NCBI GenBank assembly: GCA_946965045.2
Contig: OX337233.1
Coordinates: forward strand, 3,410,001-3,474,000
Reading direction: 5' to 3'
DNA: 64,000 nt
From: Epithemia pelagica
Taxonomy: Eukaryota; Protista; Bacillariophyta
Below, one piece after another: positions 30,830 to 42,450 of the stretch. The position numbers and the translations under genes were made by a program. Position 1 is the first letter of the stretch. Every line of letters begins with the position of its first letter. The notes beneath the pieces are model-generated. The model saw only the letters and a program-made list of their open reading frames with translations. It made no database searches and had not been told where the DNA came from.

Positions 30830-31876
30830 CTAGACTGTCTGCCCACCCATCATCAGTGGGGCCTTCTCAAGAGCCATCATACGAGCAAAACATGCACTGT
30901 TCTTGTCCACAAGAGGAAGGGTTTCAATCGCATCTCCTGATCTCCAGCATGAGATTGCTGCAATGCCCTTCGAAATGGCAACCGCGCTATGGTGTCGCGG
31001 TCCAATTCCCTGCTCTGGGAGCTGCCATACCAGGTTCCGTTGTGTGTCCAAAACCTCCACAGAACGCATGTCTTCAGCACCTTCTCCTCCAACCACAATG
31101 AGACAAGATCCCACTCGGACCACACCATGGCTATGTCGACTGGTGCCAAGAACAAGATCCTTGTGAAACTTCCAGGATTTGTTGGTGAACGGAGATGTTG
31201 CGGTTGCATTTTGGGTTCCTTCGTTTTTGCTCCAGTCATCAAATTCGAGGTACTCCACAGAGTTCATGTACTCGAGCTCTTCGCCACCCATTCCGCCTAC
31301 CACAAAGACACGTTGACCAACCACACCCATTCCAAAGTTTCGTCGAGCGGCATTTAAGGATGGTCTGGATTTAATGACGCATTGACTTTCGGAGGACTGT
31401 GTGTCTAGAATATCGACCGATGCCAGAGACGTCATGCCAGGATTTCCACCCACCACAGATGCCAGAGACGTGCCAGGATTTCCACCCGCCACAACAATGA
31501 ATCGGTCTTGTACCGCGACTGCGGCACACCCACCTCTTCCACTGGACAAACGACACTCTAAAGTCATCCATTGTTTCGTTTCATTGTCCATGTAAGATGG
31601 ACAAAGTAAATCGTCAATGTCAATCCTTTCAATCGTATCATAACCAGCACCGATATATTCAGAATATTGTCCACCAATGGCGTACAGAGCGTCATGACAT
31701 ACCACGGCTGCAAAGAACCGTCGGTCTTCGTTCATGGGTGGAGCTTCTTGCCAGTCCATTGTATCCTGGTCGACATTCAACCAAAAAACCGCATTGGAGG
31801 AAAGAAATTCATCCTCCCACGGACACAACATGTGGGTAGAAGGATTCGGATAAGAATAGCCTCCCAATACGACCAA
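30830..31876 (-). CDS. Kelch-repeat protein B, unit 2 copy
   Basis: Near-identical to 21032-22078. Confidence 0.8.
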   Translation of the reverse strand: MVVLGGYSYPNPSTHMLCPWEDEFLSSNAVFWLNVDQDTMDWQEAPPMNEDRRFFAAVVCHDALYAIGGQYSEYIGAGYDTIERIDIDDLLCPSYMDNETKQWMTLECRLSSGRGGCAAVAVQDRFIVVAGGNPGTSLASVVGGNPGMTSLASVDILDTQSSESQCVIKSRPSLNAARRNFGMGVVGQRVFVVGGMGGEELEYMNSVEYLEFDDWSKNEGTQNATATSPFTNKSWKFHKDLVLGTSRHSHGVVRVGSCLIVVGGEGAEDMRSVEVLDTQRNLVWQLPEQGIGPRHHSAVAISKGIAAISCWRSGDAIETLPLVDKNSACFARMMALEKAPLMMGGQTV

Positions 31877-31877
31877 G

Positions 31878-32314
31878 ATCAGTCCTTGATTCTTGTCAGT
31901 TCATTGGCAAACACTTCAAACTGTTTGATGCAGTCGTTCATTGTGAGGTGTGTGATGCGCCACAGTCGCTCAAGATGTACAGTTGTCCTCTTCTTACCTG
32001 GTGCTCAAATTCATTCGTCTCATCTTGGCGGACGTAATACCACGTTCCTGCAGCAGTGGCAAGGGCAAGAAGGGCCAGGACCACATATACACCAACTTTG
32101 GACCGGACGACACGACAGCTTTGGTCTCCTCCTTGGCAATCTGGAGATTTGAAGACTCGGAAGTTTGTGTGCCGTGGCCATTCGATGATGAACCCTCGTC
32201 CATCGGGCCATCGTCTCGATGCACCGCTCCCTCCGAAGATTCCGAGCTGTCCTCTGTTGTTACTCGACCAAGTTCGATCAAAGTAGGATCCTCATGGCTT
32301 TCATGACGGTTCAT
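31878..32314 (-). pseudogene. Receptor cyclase-like 5' fragment, unit 2 copy, frameshifted
   Basis: A 5 bp insertion near 32107-32116 breaks the frame before the TM helix. Confidence 0.6.
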
Positions 32315-33360
32315 GATGACAAGAAAACTGAAAGCAATGTGTAGTTTGCAAGGATGAACTTTGCTTTATGAGTTTTGTGGCATGAGTTTTTTTCTCTCGA
32401 CCACTTTTACTCGTCGTTGGGTCTCTACCCTACACATTATCTTTTCATCGGGGTGTCAATGGGCATTATCCCTATCAACAACCATCTCCAATGTTCTGAG
32501 GATCTGTTCTTTGTGCATGAGCTGGTACGGATGTGATATATACAATACCTTGACCTTACCATTGGTGCAGTCCAAAGTCGGAAGGATGCCCTGCCATATT
32601 CTCAGGAGCGGATGTAGCGAAGGCGTGTTCTCATAAGCTACGGTGATAAGTGGTGTTTGACGGTTTCAGAAAGAATGTCGATTCTCTGCAACCAACCACC
32701 AAGGGCGATCTAATCGTGTCTTGGTAGGGGGAGAAAGAAACATTTTGACAATATGATCTGAACTGATCTGAACTCACGGAGATCGATTCTTGAGAATCAC
32801 TGATGGGATTATGGCCACGGTCCTCTTTCTCTGATTTTCAAGAAGGCATGACGAAAGCGGGCATAACAGGGCGATAGAGTACCGTCGCAGCAATCTACTT
32901 GGTTCCTACGTCGAATGGCCTGCCATTCGAGGCATAACTCGCGACAGCATCACAAAAGACTAGTGAGCCCAGGATATGCGAACACTTTGGTTTGCTACGG
33001 AGTATATGATTTGATATCGGCAATCGGAAGCCTAGTTTGAGAAGTCAGACGGGACCCGAGTCCCGTACAAAAGTCGTTCAGTCGTGGTACACGTTTCTAG
33101 TCACGACTTTGACGCGACTTCTTTCAATTTCTGTCGTATCTTCCGCTCCGTTTTGTGAGAATGCCATGGCTCGTGTACCAGCTTGGGGTGTTTGGTACCG
33201 GGTATGGGCCGAAATGGCAGTCGAGTAGCATTGCAAGCTAGGTGGACGGGGGAAGCGGAAGCTTGGTCCCATGGTCGTGGTTAAGCGGCTCATTCGGGTG
33301 GTGGATGGTGGTGATGTGATTGTTTGTGTGCACTTGGTGGGACTGTGGACCTGCATGCAC

Positions 33361-33480
33361 AAGACCAATTTGTGAGAGAGTCCAACTCAACAAAAGTGAA
33401 AAAACGATACAGAGCGTTACAATAGACTGTTCATCGGTTTTTCGGTTTTGTTGAGTGATGCGCTCTCACAAATTGGTCTT
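33361..33480. other. 120 bp fold-back palindrome, second copy
   Basis: Same as 23558-23677. Confidence 0.8.
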
Positions 33481-33559
33481 TCTGCGAGTCCCACGCTCTG
33501 ACTTTGCTTCATGTTGCAGCTCCGGGTTTATTGTCTCTATGAGAGAAGCGACAATGACA

Positions 33560-33908
33560 ATAGGTCTACATACTTTCATACTTTTTCACCCATGAACCTG
33601 TATTTTATAGTCGTCTACATGGCTATCCTCGTTTCCGTTCCTTTGGACTCTGTCTTGGACTCTGTCTCGGTTGTGCCTCTCTCATCAAGGGAGTATGCAC
33701 AAGTTTGTTGGTCATCGTGTACGCCATATCTTCGGATGGGACCTTCCCTTCGGTTCCAACTCTGTGACGCTTGAAACCCGTCGTCGTTAATACCCCAGGC
33801 AAAGCAAAAGAGACACAGGATCCTGTCACAAGACCATTCCATCTCGCCGCGCCACCCAACCTGAATCTTCACATGGAATGTTTTGGATCATCTGCCAGAT
33901 GTTGGGTG
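33560..33908 (+). repeat. Start of tandem repeat unit 3, up to the Gypsy insertion
   Basis: Near-identical to 1-349, including the GGGTG left target site. Confidence 0.9.
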
Positions 33909-36900
33909 TGCGGTACCCCTATATGGATCCCGCCATACGTGTCACCACGTTCCATTCCCGGTTCGCGTTCTTGACACTGCGATATGAATCTTCCGCCATC
34001 TGGCTGTTCCTCCTCCAGTCATTTCTCGTCGCACGTGGCTGTGGATTCCTCATTCCCCCTAATTCCTCGTAAATTCCTAAAGATCGCAATTTTTTATACC
34101 GTGCTATTTTACATGGGTATGGCACTCTGATCAGAAGCTCGAAAACTTCCCCCAACACTCTTTCACCATAACCACCTGCCGTTCTTTGGCCGATCCTCGT
34201 TGATCTTATCATCCTTTGATTCCTTTCCTTTTCTTTCTTTTGCAGTCTCATCATGAGCACAGGATCTTCCCTCGTCTCCCTTGCGGATGTTCAACGCTTC
34301 CAAAAGCGCTTCGATCAAGCCTCGGCTTCAGATTCTTCCTCTGCTCTTTCCACCCTCAAGTTGAAAGACGACGACGATGACAAGTACTACGTCCGTCTCT
34401 TGCCATTCCGAGATGGCGTGGATGAAGAGCCCTCGAATCTCTTCCTGTGGGTCCTCCATTTTGTTGACAAGGTCAAGATCTCCGGTCATCCAGAGCCCTT
34501 TGCTGCCTGCTGCACCCCGTGTTACCACAAGTCTCGTAGCGGACAAGTTCCATGATGCATTCCAGGCCTTGCCTGATGGCGCCGACCTCGATGAGGCGTG
34601 TTTCAAACGGTTGATTGCTATGATCTTCGAACCCAAGTTGACGGTTTCCGAAGTCAATGCCTTTCGGGCACACCTTCTTAGCGGTCCTCGCAAGCCACCT
34701 GATATGAACGTGGATATCCATTATCACACCCTCCAGAAGATTTCCAACGGTCTCCGTTACTTGTCTAACGACAACGCTGTCCAAGCCCTCACTGACGATG
34801 AGTTGAAGCAAGCCTTCTATCTCGGCTCCCCTGTTGCTTGGCGCAACGAGTTCAAGACGGCCAATCCATTGGTTGCAGATTTGGTGAATCATTTCAACAT
34901 CACCGACCTTCTTCATGCGATGCGTGGCTATCAAAAGGTCTCCCAAGAAAAGATGGCTGCCAATGCACAGTCCCAGGCCAAGTCCCGCAATCCTCGCGAT
35001 GATTCCACTTCTCGCGGTTCCACGAAGCGTTTTCGCTCCTCTAATGGTGGCCGTGGCGGTCTCCGCGGCGGCAATCGCCAGTCCAATGGTGGACGCCAAG
35101 CGTCCGGTGATCGTCCCGTCAATGACGGCGATGCCTGTCCTTACAAGGACGCGATTCCTTCGCACGCCAATCATACTTGGGCCAACTGCATCTACAACCC
35201 GCAGTCCTCCAATTTTAACCAAGAGCGTTTCAACGCCTTTCTTGCCCGTACCGGGTCTGGTCTTCGTACCCCTACTGGGTCTCATCCCAACAATGGTTCT
35301 CAGAACCAAGGCCGTAACGGCCAAGGCTCTCGTAGCCAGGGAACTCCCTCGTCTGGAGGATCGCGCCCTATTGGTTCCAGTTGGGGCGCTGTTCCCCGTC
35401 GTTCTGGATCTGGCTCAGACCAGCATGCCTCTGAAGGCACCAGCACAGGCGACAATCCACCGGTTGATCCGTCGTTGGCCGAGCCGTTGCCTTCTGTGCA
35501 AGACGCGGCTTATCGTGCTCGTCAACGCCCTCTCAGTGATATCCGTGATTGGTCAAGTCTCCGCAATGCCGATCGAACGGTCCCCGGTATGTGTTCTTCT
35601 TCCTTTTTTACCTCATCCTCTCCGGATATTTCTCATCATCTTGATGTTCTTTTTGCTCAGCAATGTCACATCCAGACTGGCCCTCCACAGGCTATGCCGG
35701 CCGAGAATGCCATCCTCAGGCCCCAATTCTCGAGGTCCGCGAACAATTGTACAAGATCTACGGGCGTAACATGGACATCGCCCACATCTACGACTTGTCC
35801 TCCCCTGGAGGCAACGACGAATACTGTCGCTTCCCCTTGTCTTAATCCTACGGATGCTGTCATCGCTGACATCGTTGATCCCAATAATGGTTTTTTATCT
35901 AACCTAGATCACTATGAAGATGTCTACTCATCTAGTTCTGTCTCTGACGCTCCTAGTTTATCTAGTCCCCTTTCGGTCGCTCCCTCTGAGCCTCCGTCTG
36001 TTCCCCTCACCATTTTGATGGCTCGGTCCATTGGTGGAGTCGAGAACACCGTCCCGTTGCGTGCCCTGCTCGATTCAGGCGCCGACAAAACGATCCTGCA
36101 CGCGCGCTGTCTTCAGCCCGGCATGCATCCACGTGTAACCAATCGGTCTGTCAATACCACCATGGGTACACGCGACCACGTCTCCGAGATTCTTCTCGAA
36201 GATTTGGTTCTCCCCGAGTTTTCTCGGACCAAACACATTTCATACCCCCTTTGGGCCGATATCTTTGATGCCCCCACTTGTCGTTATGACATCATTATTG
36301 GTCGCGATCTTTTGCGTCGTTTGGGCATTGTGCTCAACTTTCACACTGGTCTCACAACTTGGGACTCCGTTGATGTCGCTATGCGCCATCGCGATTCATT
36401 CGCCACTGACCAGACATTCATGTCTCATTTCATCGACATCTTTGCCGACGATCCCATTATTGGTGATCAATTCCTCTTGGATTCGAACTACGTTCCTACG
36501 GATCTACAAGATCTGATTGACAAACAACATCATCTTACCGATGCCCAAAAGCAAGATCTTCTTGCTATTTGGCAAGACTGTGGCAAAATCTTCGATGGCG
36601 AGCTCCGTGAATATCCGGACCGAACGCTCCATCTTCATCTCAAGCCTGATGCCCAGCCTGTCCATCATCGTCACTTTTCAGTGCCCCGCAATATACATGA
36701 TACTTTCACGAAGGAGCTGTGGCGCTTCGTCGACATTGGTATCCTTGAGCGCGTCGGTTCTACCGAATGGGCTGCTCCTCACTTTGCCATTCCCAAAAAG
36801 GATGGTCGTATCCGAATGATTTTGGACTTTCGTTCTTTGAACGCCCAACTCTACCGTCGGGTCTACCCCTTTCCTCGTATCGAGGACATGCTCCGTAAAC

Positions 36901-38189
36901 GGAAAGGCTACACGTATTCTACAAAGTTAGACATCTCCATGTGTTTTTACACATTCCGCCTCGATGAGGAATCCAGCAATCTTTGCGTCATTAAAACAGT
37001 CTCCTGACTTCTGTCAAGAGATTATGGAAGACGTCCTCAAGGACTTCAGCGACCATGTCGAAGTCTATATTGACGACATTGGCATCTTCTCCAATTCTTG
37101 GGAAGAACACGTGGACATCTTGTCCAAAGTTCTCCAACGTCTTCAAGACAAGAACTTCTCCATCAACCCTTCCAAATGTGAATGGGCCGTTAAAGAAACG
37201 GAATGGCTCGGCCATTGGCTCACGCCCACTGGGGTCAAGCCCTGGAAAAAGAAGATTTCTGCCATCTTGGCATTGGCTCCGCCAAAAACCATGAAAGAAC
37301 TTCGTTCCTTCATTGGCATGATCAATTTCTATCGCCACATGTATCCGCAACGATCACATATTCTTGCTCCCCTCACATCCATTACGGGTAACAAGACCCT
37401 CGTTTGGTCCCCGCAATGTCAACGTGCTTTCGAAAAAGCCAAGTCCATGCTCGCACATGATGCCTTCCTTCGGTATCCCGACCATAACCTTCCCTTCCAT
37501 GTCTATGTGGACGCCTCTGATTACCAGCTTGGTGCTGTAATCATGCAACAAGACGTTCCCGTTGCTTATTACTCTCGCAAGTTAAACCCTGCTCAACGCA
37601 ACTACACTACTATGGAAAAGGAGTTACTCTCCATTGTCGAAACTCTTAAGGAGTTCCGCTCCATGCTTCTCGGCTGTGCCGAACTGCACGTCCATACGGA
37701 CCATAAAAATCTTACTTACGCTACTCTCAACTCGCAACGGGTGCTCCGTTGGCGGTTGTTCCTCGAGGAGTATAACCTTATTTTTCACTATGTCCCTGGC
37801 CAGGACAATGTCATCGCCGACGCATTGTCGCGTCTCCCTCTCTCTGAAGAGGAGGAGAAGAGTGTCTCTCCGTCGTCGACCTCCTCTACGGATGCCTCGC
37901 CGCATCCACGATCGCTCTATGATCATAGCGGACAACACTCAGTGTTGCAAGTGCCTCATGGCCCTAATGATGACCCCCGCTCTCATCACTCGCGTGATCC
38001 TGACGCTTTCGAATCTCCCATCTTCATGGATGAGGATTTGATCGATGTCTACCTCAATCATCCTCCCATCAACGCAAATCAACCATTGCCCGTCGATTAC
38101 GCGACGATCCATCAACACCAACAGAACGATGCCGCTCTTGTGGCCAAGTTGACCGAACAACCACAGAGATTCCATCTCCAACCCTTCCC
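33909..38189 (+). mobile_element. Ty3/Gypsy copy 2, degenerate and interrupted
   Basis: 5' LTR at 33909-34124 after GGGTG. 8 bp deletion near 34516 and 47 bp deletion near 36993 frameshift gag-pol. Homology to copy 1 stops at 38189, where the Copia begins. Confidence 0.95.
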
Positions 38190-39008
38190 TGTTAGAATTC
38201 TCACCGTCTATGGTGGTTAGATTCTACATCTCATCGATTCCCCATGTCACATAGCCTCGTGCTATCGCATCATGCCATCTAGCTTCGAGCTATGTTCCCT
38301 AGCTTCGCGCTATATCGACCTATATTTCTTTGCAAATCATGAAAAGTGAGAATAGATTGATGAACTCATTCTCAAGACTAAACTGGGTCGTGCAGTATTA
38401 CAACGGACGTAAATTTGGCCGTTGCTCGGACATTATACTAACGCCCTAAGCGTACGCGCCCGAAATCATCGAGCGCGCCCAAGCGACATCCGAGCGCTGT
38501 CGGCATCTATCCGACCCAACGGTCTAAGTATCCCAAGAACGACACACGATCACGCGAGACCATATTTCCATTCCCACAATCTCCAAATTGTCAACAAGCT
38601 GCGCGCCATGAAAACAACTATGCCAACCCAAAGCAAGAGCTGTTGACCCTGTATATGTTATCCGCCCACATATACATGTCATATACATCACATGAATCGA
38701 CTCCAACTATTCCAAACCTGTTGCCGCCAAGAACCTATGACACATGACCCTTGGCAGGACCGAACATTTCACGTAGACCTATCGTAGTAATCAACACACA
38801 ATCTAACAATATCACCATTTATCACATCTTCTTTTGTGTCCCGACTATCCTTCTGATAGACTTCGACTTGCTTGCTTCTCTGACCCTGAGAAGCTTGTAT
38901 CGGTTGGTGACCTACCTGATTGTCTGCTCTACCGAGCATCAATGTCCCTACGATTCAGAAAGAATTGTAACAGATTAACAGTCTCAAAGCTTATTTCCTT
39001 GTGGTTTC

Positions 39009-39788
39009 ATGGATACTAACAAGCTTATCACTCCTGTACGACAGATCTATCGAGCCAAACTGCATCCCGGGCAGCCCGATACCCTGGTGCAGCAGGAACT
39101 GGTGCCGACGCCGAAGGCAGCCAACACATCGGTCAACATCTCCGTCGACAGTTCCAACAGCAACCCATTCGAGACTCCAACCCAGCCTCACGCTCCGATC
39201 CCTGCGCCGTTGCTTCGGCCCCCGAGTCCGCCTCGTCGGCTCGTCCCTTCTCAATCCCGTCGTACCACCCGGTTGATTGCTGATCATATCAAGTACTTCC
39301 GTCAACCAACTTGTTCGACCTTCGATCCCGAGATCATCCGTGGGGAGACCCAGATCGAACGCCAGTTCCAATCGGTGACCCACATCGTCGACCAAGAAGA
39401 CATTGACCGTCTGAACGACCAACTTCACCGTTCTCCGAGGCATCGCCTCATCTTGGCCGCCCTCTCGGGCAACCCCATCCGTACTGTCCACCTCCGCTTC
39501 CTAACCTTCGAGCGCCCAACTGGATACTACAATACCATCTACGTCGTGAACACGACGACTTGCCCTCTGCCTCCTAACGTTGTACGCCTAGATAACTACG
39601 TTGCCTACATCCACGAGGCCCATACCATCGAGGACCATCGTGCAACTATCTACCCTTTGCGTACCGAGGTCGAGAACCACCTGGCTGAAGGTGATACACC
39701 TTCTTCTGTTGCTTGTGCTGCCCCATCTGAGCCTGGAAACGACTCTGATTATTCGGAAGAGAGTGGGGATTCGGAGACCGAAGCTTAA
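39009..39788 (+). CDS. Unknown 259 aa ORF upstream of Copia gag
   Basis: ATG-initiated and stop-free. P/S-rich N-terminus, globular-looking middle, acidic tail. No family recognised. Confidence 0.6.
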   Translation: MDTNKLITPVRQIYRAKLHPGQPDTLVQQELVPTPKAANTSVNISVDSSNSNPFETPTQPHAPIPAPLLRPPSPPRRLVPSQSRRTTRLIADHIKYFRQPTCSTFDPEIIRGETQIERQFQSVTHIVDQEDIDRLNDQLHRSPRHRLILAALSGNPIRTVHLRFLTFERPTGYYNTIYVVNTTTCPLPPNVVRLDNYVAYIHEAHTIEDHRATIYPLRTEVENHLAEGDTPSSVACAAPSEPGNDSDYSEESGDSETEA

Positions 39789-40108
39789 TTACTCATAGTT
39801 AACTCCCGTCCTCTCAAAACCTTTCCAAGACTTAAACTCAACGCACATCCGGGTACCCTTGGTCGCACAACACGCCACACATTCCCGTCAAATCGCGAAA
39901 ATTCGGCGAAAATTTGTTGAAACTCGGCGAAAATTTGTCGAAATCAACGGAAATTTCCAGGAGTCGCACATCACAACACACATCCGGGTATCACATACGT
40001 GGTACATACGTGGCACACGTGGTACATCCGGGTTCACATCACATCACACATTAAATAAACCCCATCACACCGCACATTAAATAAACATCGAACCAACCAA
40101 ATAACACC

Positions 40109-41407
40109 ATGGATCCTCAATCACCCAAGACACCTACGACTCCTAAGGGAGAAGATAACCAAGACAATGTCTCGGACACAGACCTATTCGACCACATCAT
40201 ATTTACTGTCTGCCAATTCTTTACCAAAGAAAGGGCCGACTACTTAATGAAGTGGATGAAATACCATGGTTTTGAGAACATTACCCATGTTATCTTGTAT
40301 ATGCAAACTAATACCGAGGAATCCATGAAGGAACTGACACAATACAAGGTCAATAAACAGACACATGATCTACAAGGCCCCACAAGACAGCAGATCAAGC
40401 TCTTGGCTTATTGGGCCATATACAAGACCAATGAAATTCAAGACGAGCTATCCAATAGCGACTGGATGAACCTAACGAGGAAAGAGTTCAACACTTGGAG
40501 GATCAACACAGATTTCTCTAAGGGACCACCTAGCCAAGTTCCAGTCTCGCCAATGAAGTCACCGTCATCTGTGAAATCTGTCAGCACAGTTACTGCCGCA
40601 TCCCAATCTCAACAAGACCTGACAGCATTCAGAAAGGGAACTAAGCGCGACGCAACTGCATATGAGGTATTCAAGGATGAACGATACTACGATTCATTCT
40701 GGCGTGTATTCAAGACTACAGCTAAGGCTCAAGGCCTATCCAACGTTCTGAATTTCAAATATACACCACCCCATGATGATGAGTATGCCGAAGAACTTTT
40801 TCAAGAGCAACAAGTATTTCTTTACTCCGTTCTTGTCCGTATCATTCAGACTGACCAAGGTCGAGCCTATGTACGTGAACATGAACATGATGAAGATGCG
40901 CGTGCCGTATTGCAGAAGTTACACTCTTTGCATACCGAATCCGACCTAGCAAAGCGAGAAGTCCTCCGTTTAACCAACTACATTTCCAATCTACGTCTTG
41001 ACGACACATGGCGCGGAACAACACGTCAATTTCTTCTACACTTTCAAGAGCAGCTACGTTTGCTAGACAATCTAGTGACATTGTCTGATCGCATCCCTGA
41101 TCATACCAGGATGACCTTCCTCATGCAAGCTGTAGAAAAGGTACCTGATCTCCGCCGAGTCAAGATCTTGGATAATGTGGTGAACACCAAATCCGGTGCA
41201 AAATCCCTTTGCTATCAATCATACTTCCGTCTCCTTCTAGACGCAGCTTATGACCATGATCAAGCAACCCAGTCATCTGTTCATAGTCGCCGTCGACATG
41301 TCAAACAACATGAATCACTATATGGCCAAGATACAGATGCTGACATAACCTCACAAGATGATATGGAGTATCATGTCCACAACACCGAAGTCATTTCACT
41401 TTTTTAG
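40109..41407 (+). CDS. Copia gag (truncated by insertion)
   Basis: CoDi-like gag: FRKGTKRDATAYEVFKDERYYDSFWR..AKAQGL..QQVFLYSVL..DQGRAYVREHE..DARAV. Frame ends in inserted sequence. Confidence 0.85.
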   Translation: MDPQSPKTPTTPKGEDNQDNVSDTDLFDHIIFTVCQFFTKERADYLMKWMKYHGFENITHVILYMQTNTEESMKELTQYKVNKQTHDLQGPTRQQIKLLAYWAIYKTNEIQDELSNSDWMNLTRKEFNTWRINTDFSKGPPSQVPVSPMKSPSSVKSVSTVTAASQSQQDLTAFRKGTKRDATAYEVFKDERYYDSFWRVFKTTAKAQGLSNVLNFKYTPPHDDEYAEELFQEQQVFLYSVLVRIIQTDQGRAYVREHEHDEDARAVLQKLHSLHTESDLAKREVLRLTNYISNLRLDDTWRGTTRQFLLHFQEQLRLLDNLVTLSDRIPDHTRMTFLMQAVEKVPDLRRVKILDNVVNTKSGAKSLCYQSYFRLLLDAAYDHDQATQSSVHSRRRHVKQHESLYGQDTDADITSQDDMEYHVHNTEVISLF

Positions 41408-42446
41408 TGACCGCACAAACTACTTAACAAAAAAGTCAAAATACTCTATGGGTATGTCAATCCACGTCACTCCACGTATGCCTAATCTATAGGGAGTGTT
41501 TGCCCAGGACTCACCTCCTCTTCGTTTGAAAGTGATCATTGATCTTGTGATACCATAGGAGACCATGGACTCTACAAGAGAGAAGAGAGTCGGGTTGTCC
41601 ATTGGTGTTGATGAGAAGTGGTTTTTGGGGTTTTGTATGAAAATGGGAAATTGGCGATTTCAGAACAAGCAGCCGTCAAAATACGAAGTTCTGACTATCG
41701 TACGAAAGTACATTACAATACGCTTCATATGTGACAAACAGTAGGCCTATAACATATTGGTCATTGACATATGATCGTTGCAAAATCACAAATTTGGAAA
41801 ATGCAATACGAGCTTTTGATGTCGCTCAGGAGGAACCTTTTCAGACCAACTGTCATATCCAGTCCTGCCGGCGCACCAGTGTCTCGGCTGGCGACCTTAA
41901 ACAAATAGAAACTACGACATACAAAACCCCGGTTCACACTTAACGAAAAACTATCTTTTTCCTTAATCCATGTCCTGTTTCTATCCGGCACTCACAAACT
42001 TTTGGTCGCAGAACGGGGGGGGGTCGTTTTCTATTTCAAATACGAAAGCAATAGAAGACTGGAAACTCTCAGGAAACGACGCATTCGACTTCTATGTTTT
42101 ATGAAGATAAGTTGGGAACTTGGTCCTGAGAGATTTAGTCTTTTATTCCTGGAGATATGAGCGTTCAAAGTTAGACAGTCGGTTTTCAGGTCTTATATTT
42201 AACATGTAGGTTGTGTACAGTTTGGATCATAGTTGATGAAATAGTTTCGGGACGTGTCTGAGGATAGCGCGCGGGCCCGTTCGGTAACAAAAGCTCGTAT
42301 TGGACGATATTATCATCATTTTTTGAATCACGAGTTGTTGGTCATAACTCACGTGGCATTTTGTTAATTGGATTGCAATTTTGGTATGTATTTTTGGTGA
42401 CAAATTTGTCAGTGACCGGGCCAAAAAAAGTGCCGGGCTGAAAGGG
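41393..42446 (-). mobile_element. Probable 5' fragment of a piggyBac-like DNA transposon
   Basis: Minus strand begins TTAA|CCCTTTCAGCCCGGCAC (TTAA at 42447-42450). Short ORF 41420-41602 ends IPIEYFDFFV, resembling the start of piggyBac transposases. No second terminus seen. Confidence 0.5.
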
Positions 42447-42450
42447 TTAA

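Larger units (their letters stand above)
23757..33559 (+). repeat. Tandem segmental repeat unit 2 (9803 bp, insertion-free)
   Basis: Shows the empty Gypsy site (gatgtt-gggtg-tgcctac, ~24096) and the empty LINE site (gatctaaaagctatac, ~26656). Confidence 0.95.

Noticed and set aside
38190-38244. A complete 55 bp mini-LTR
   Set aside because: It ends in CA, but no ttccc TSD or resumed Gypsy sequence follows 48082, so the 3' LTR is more likely interrupted.
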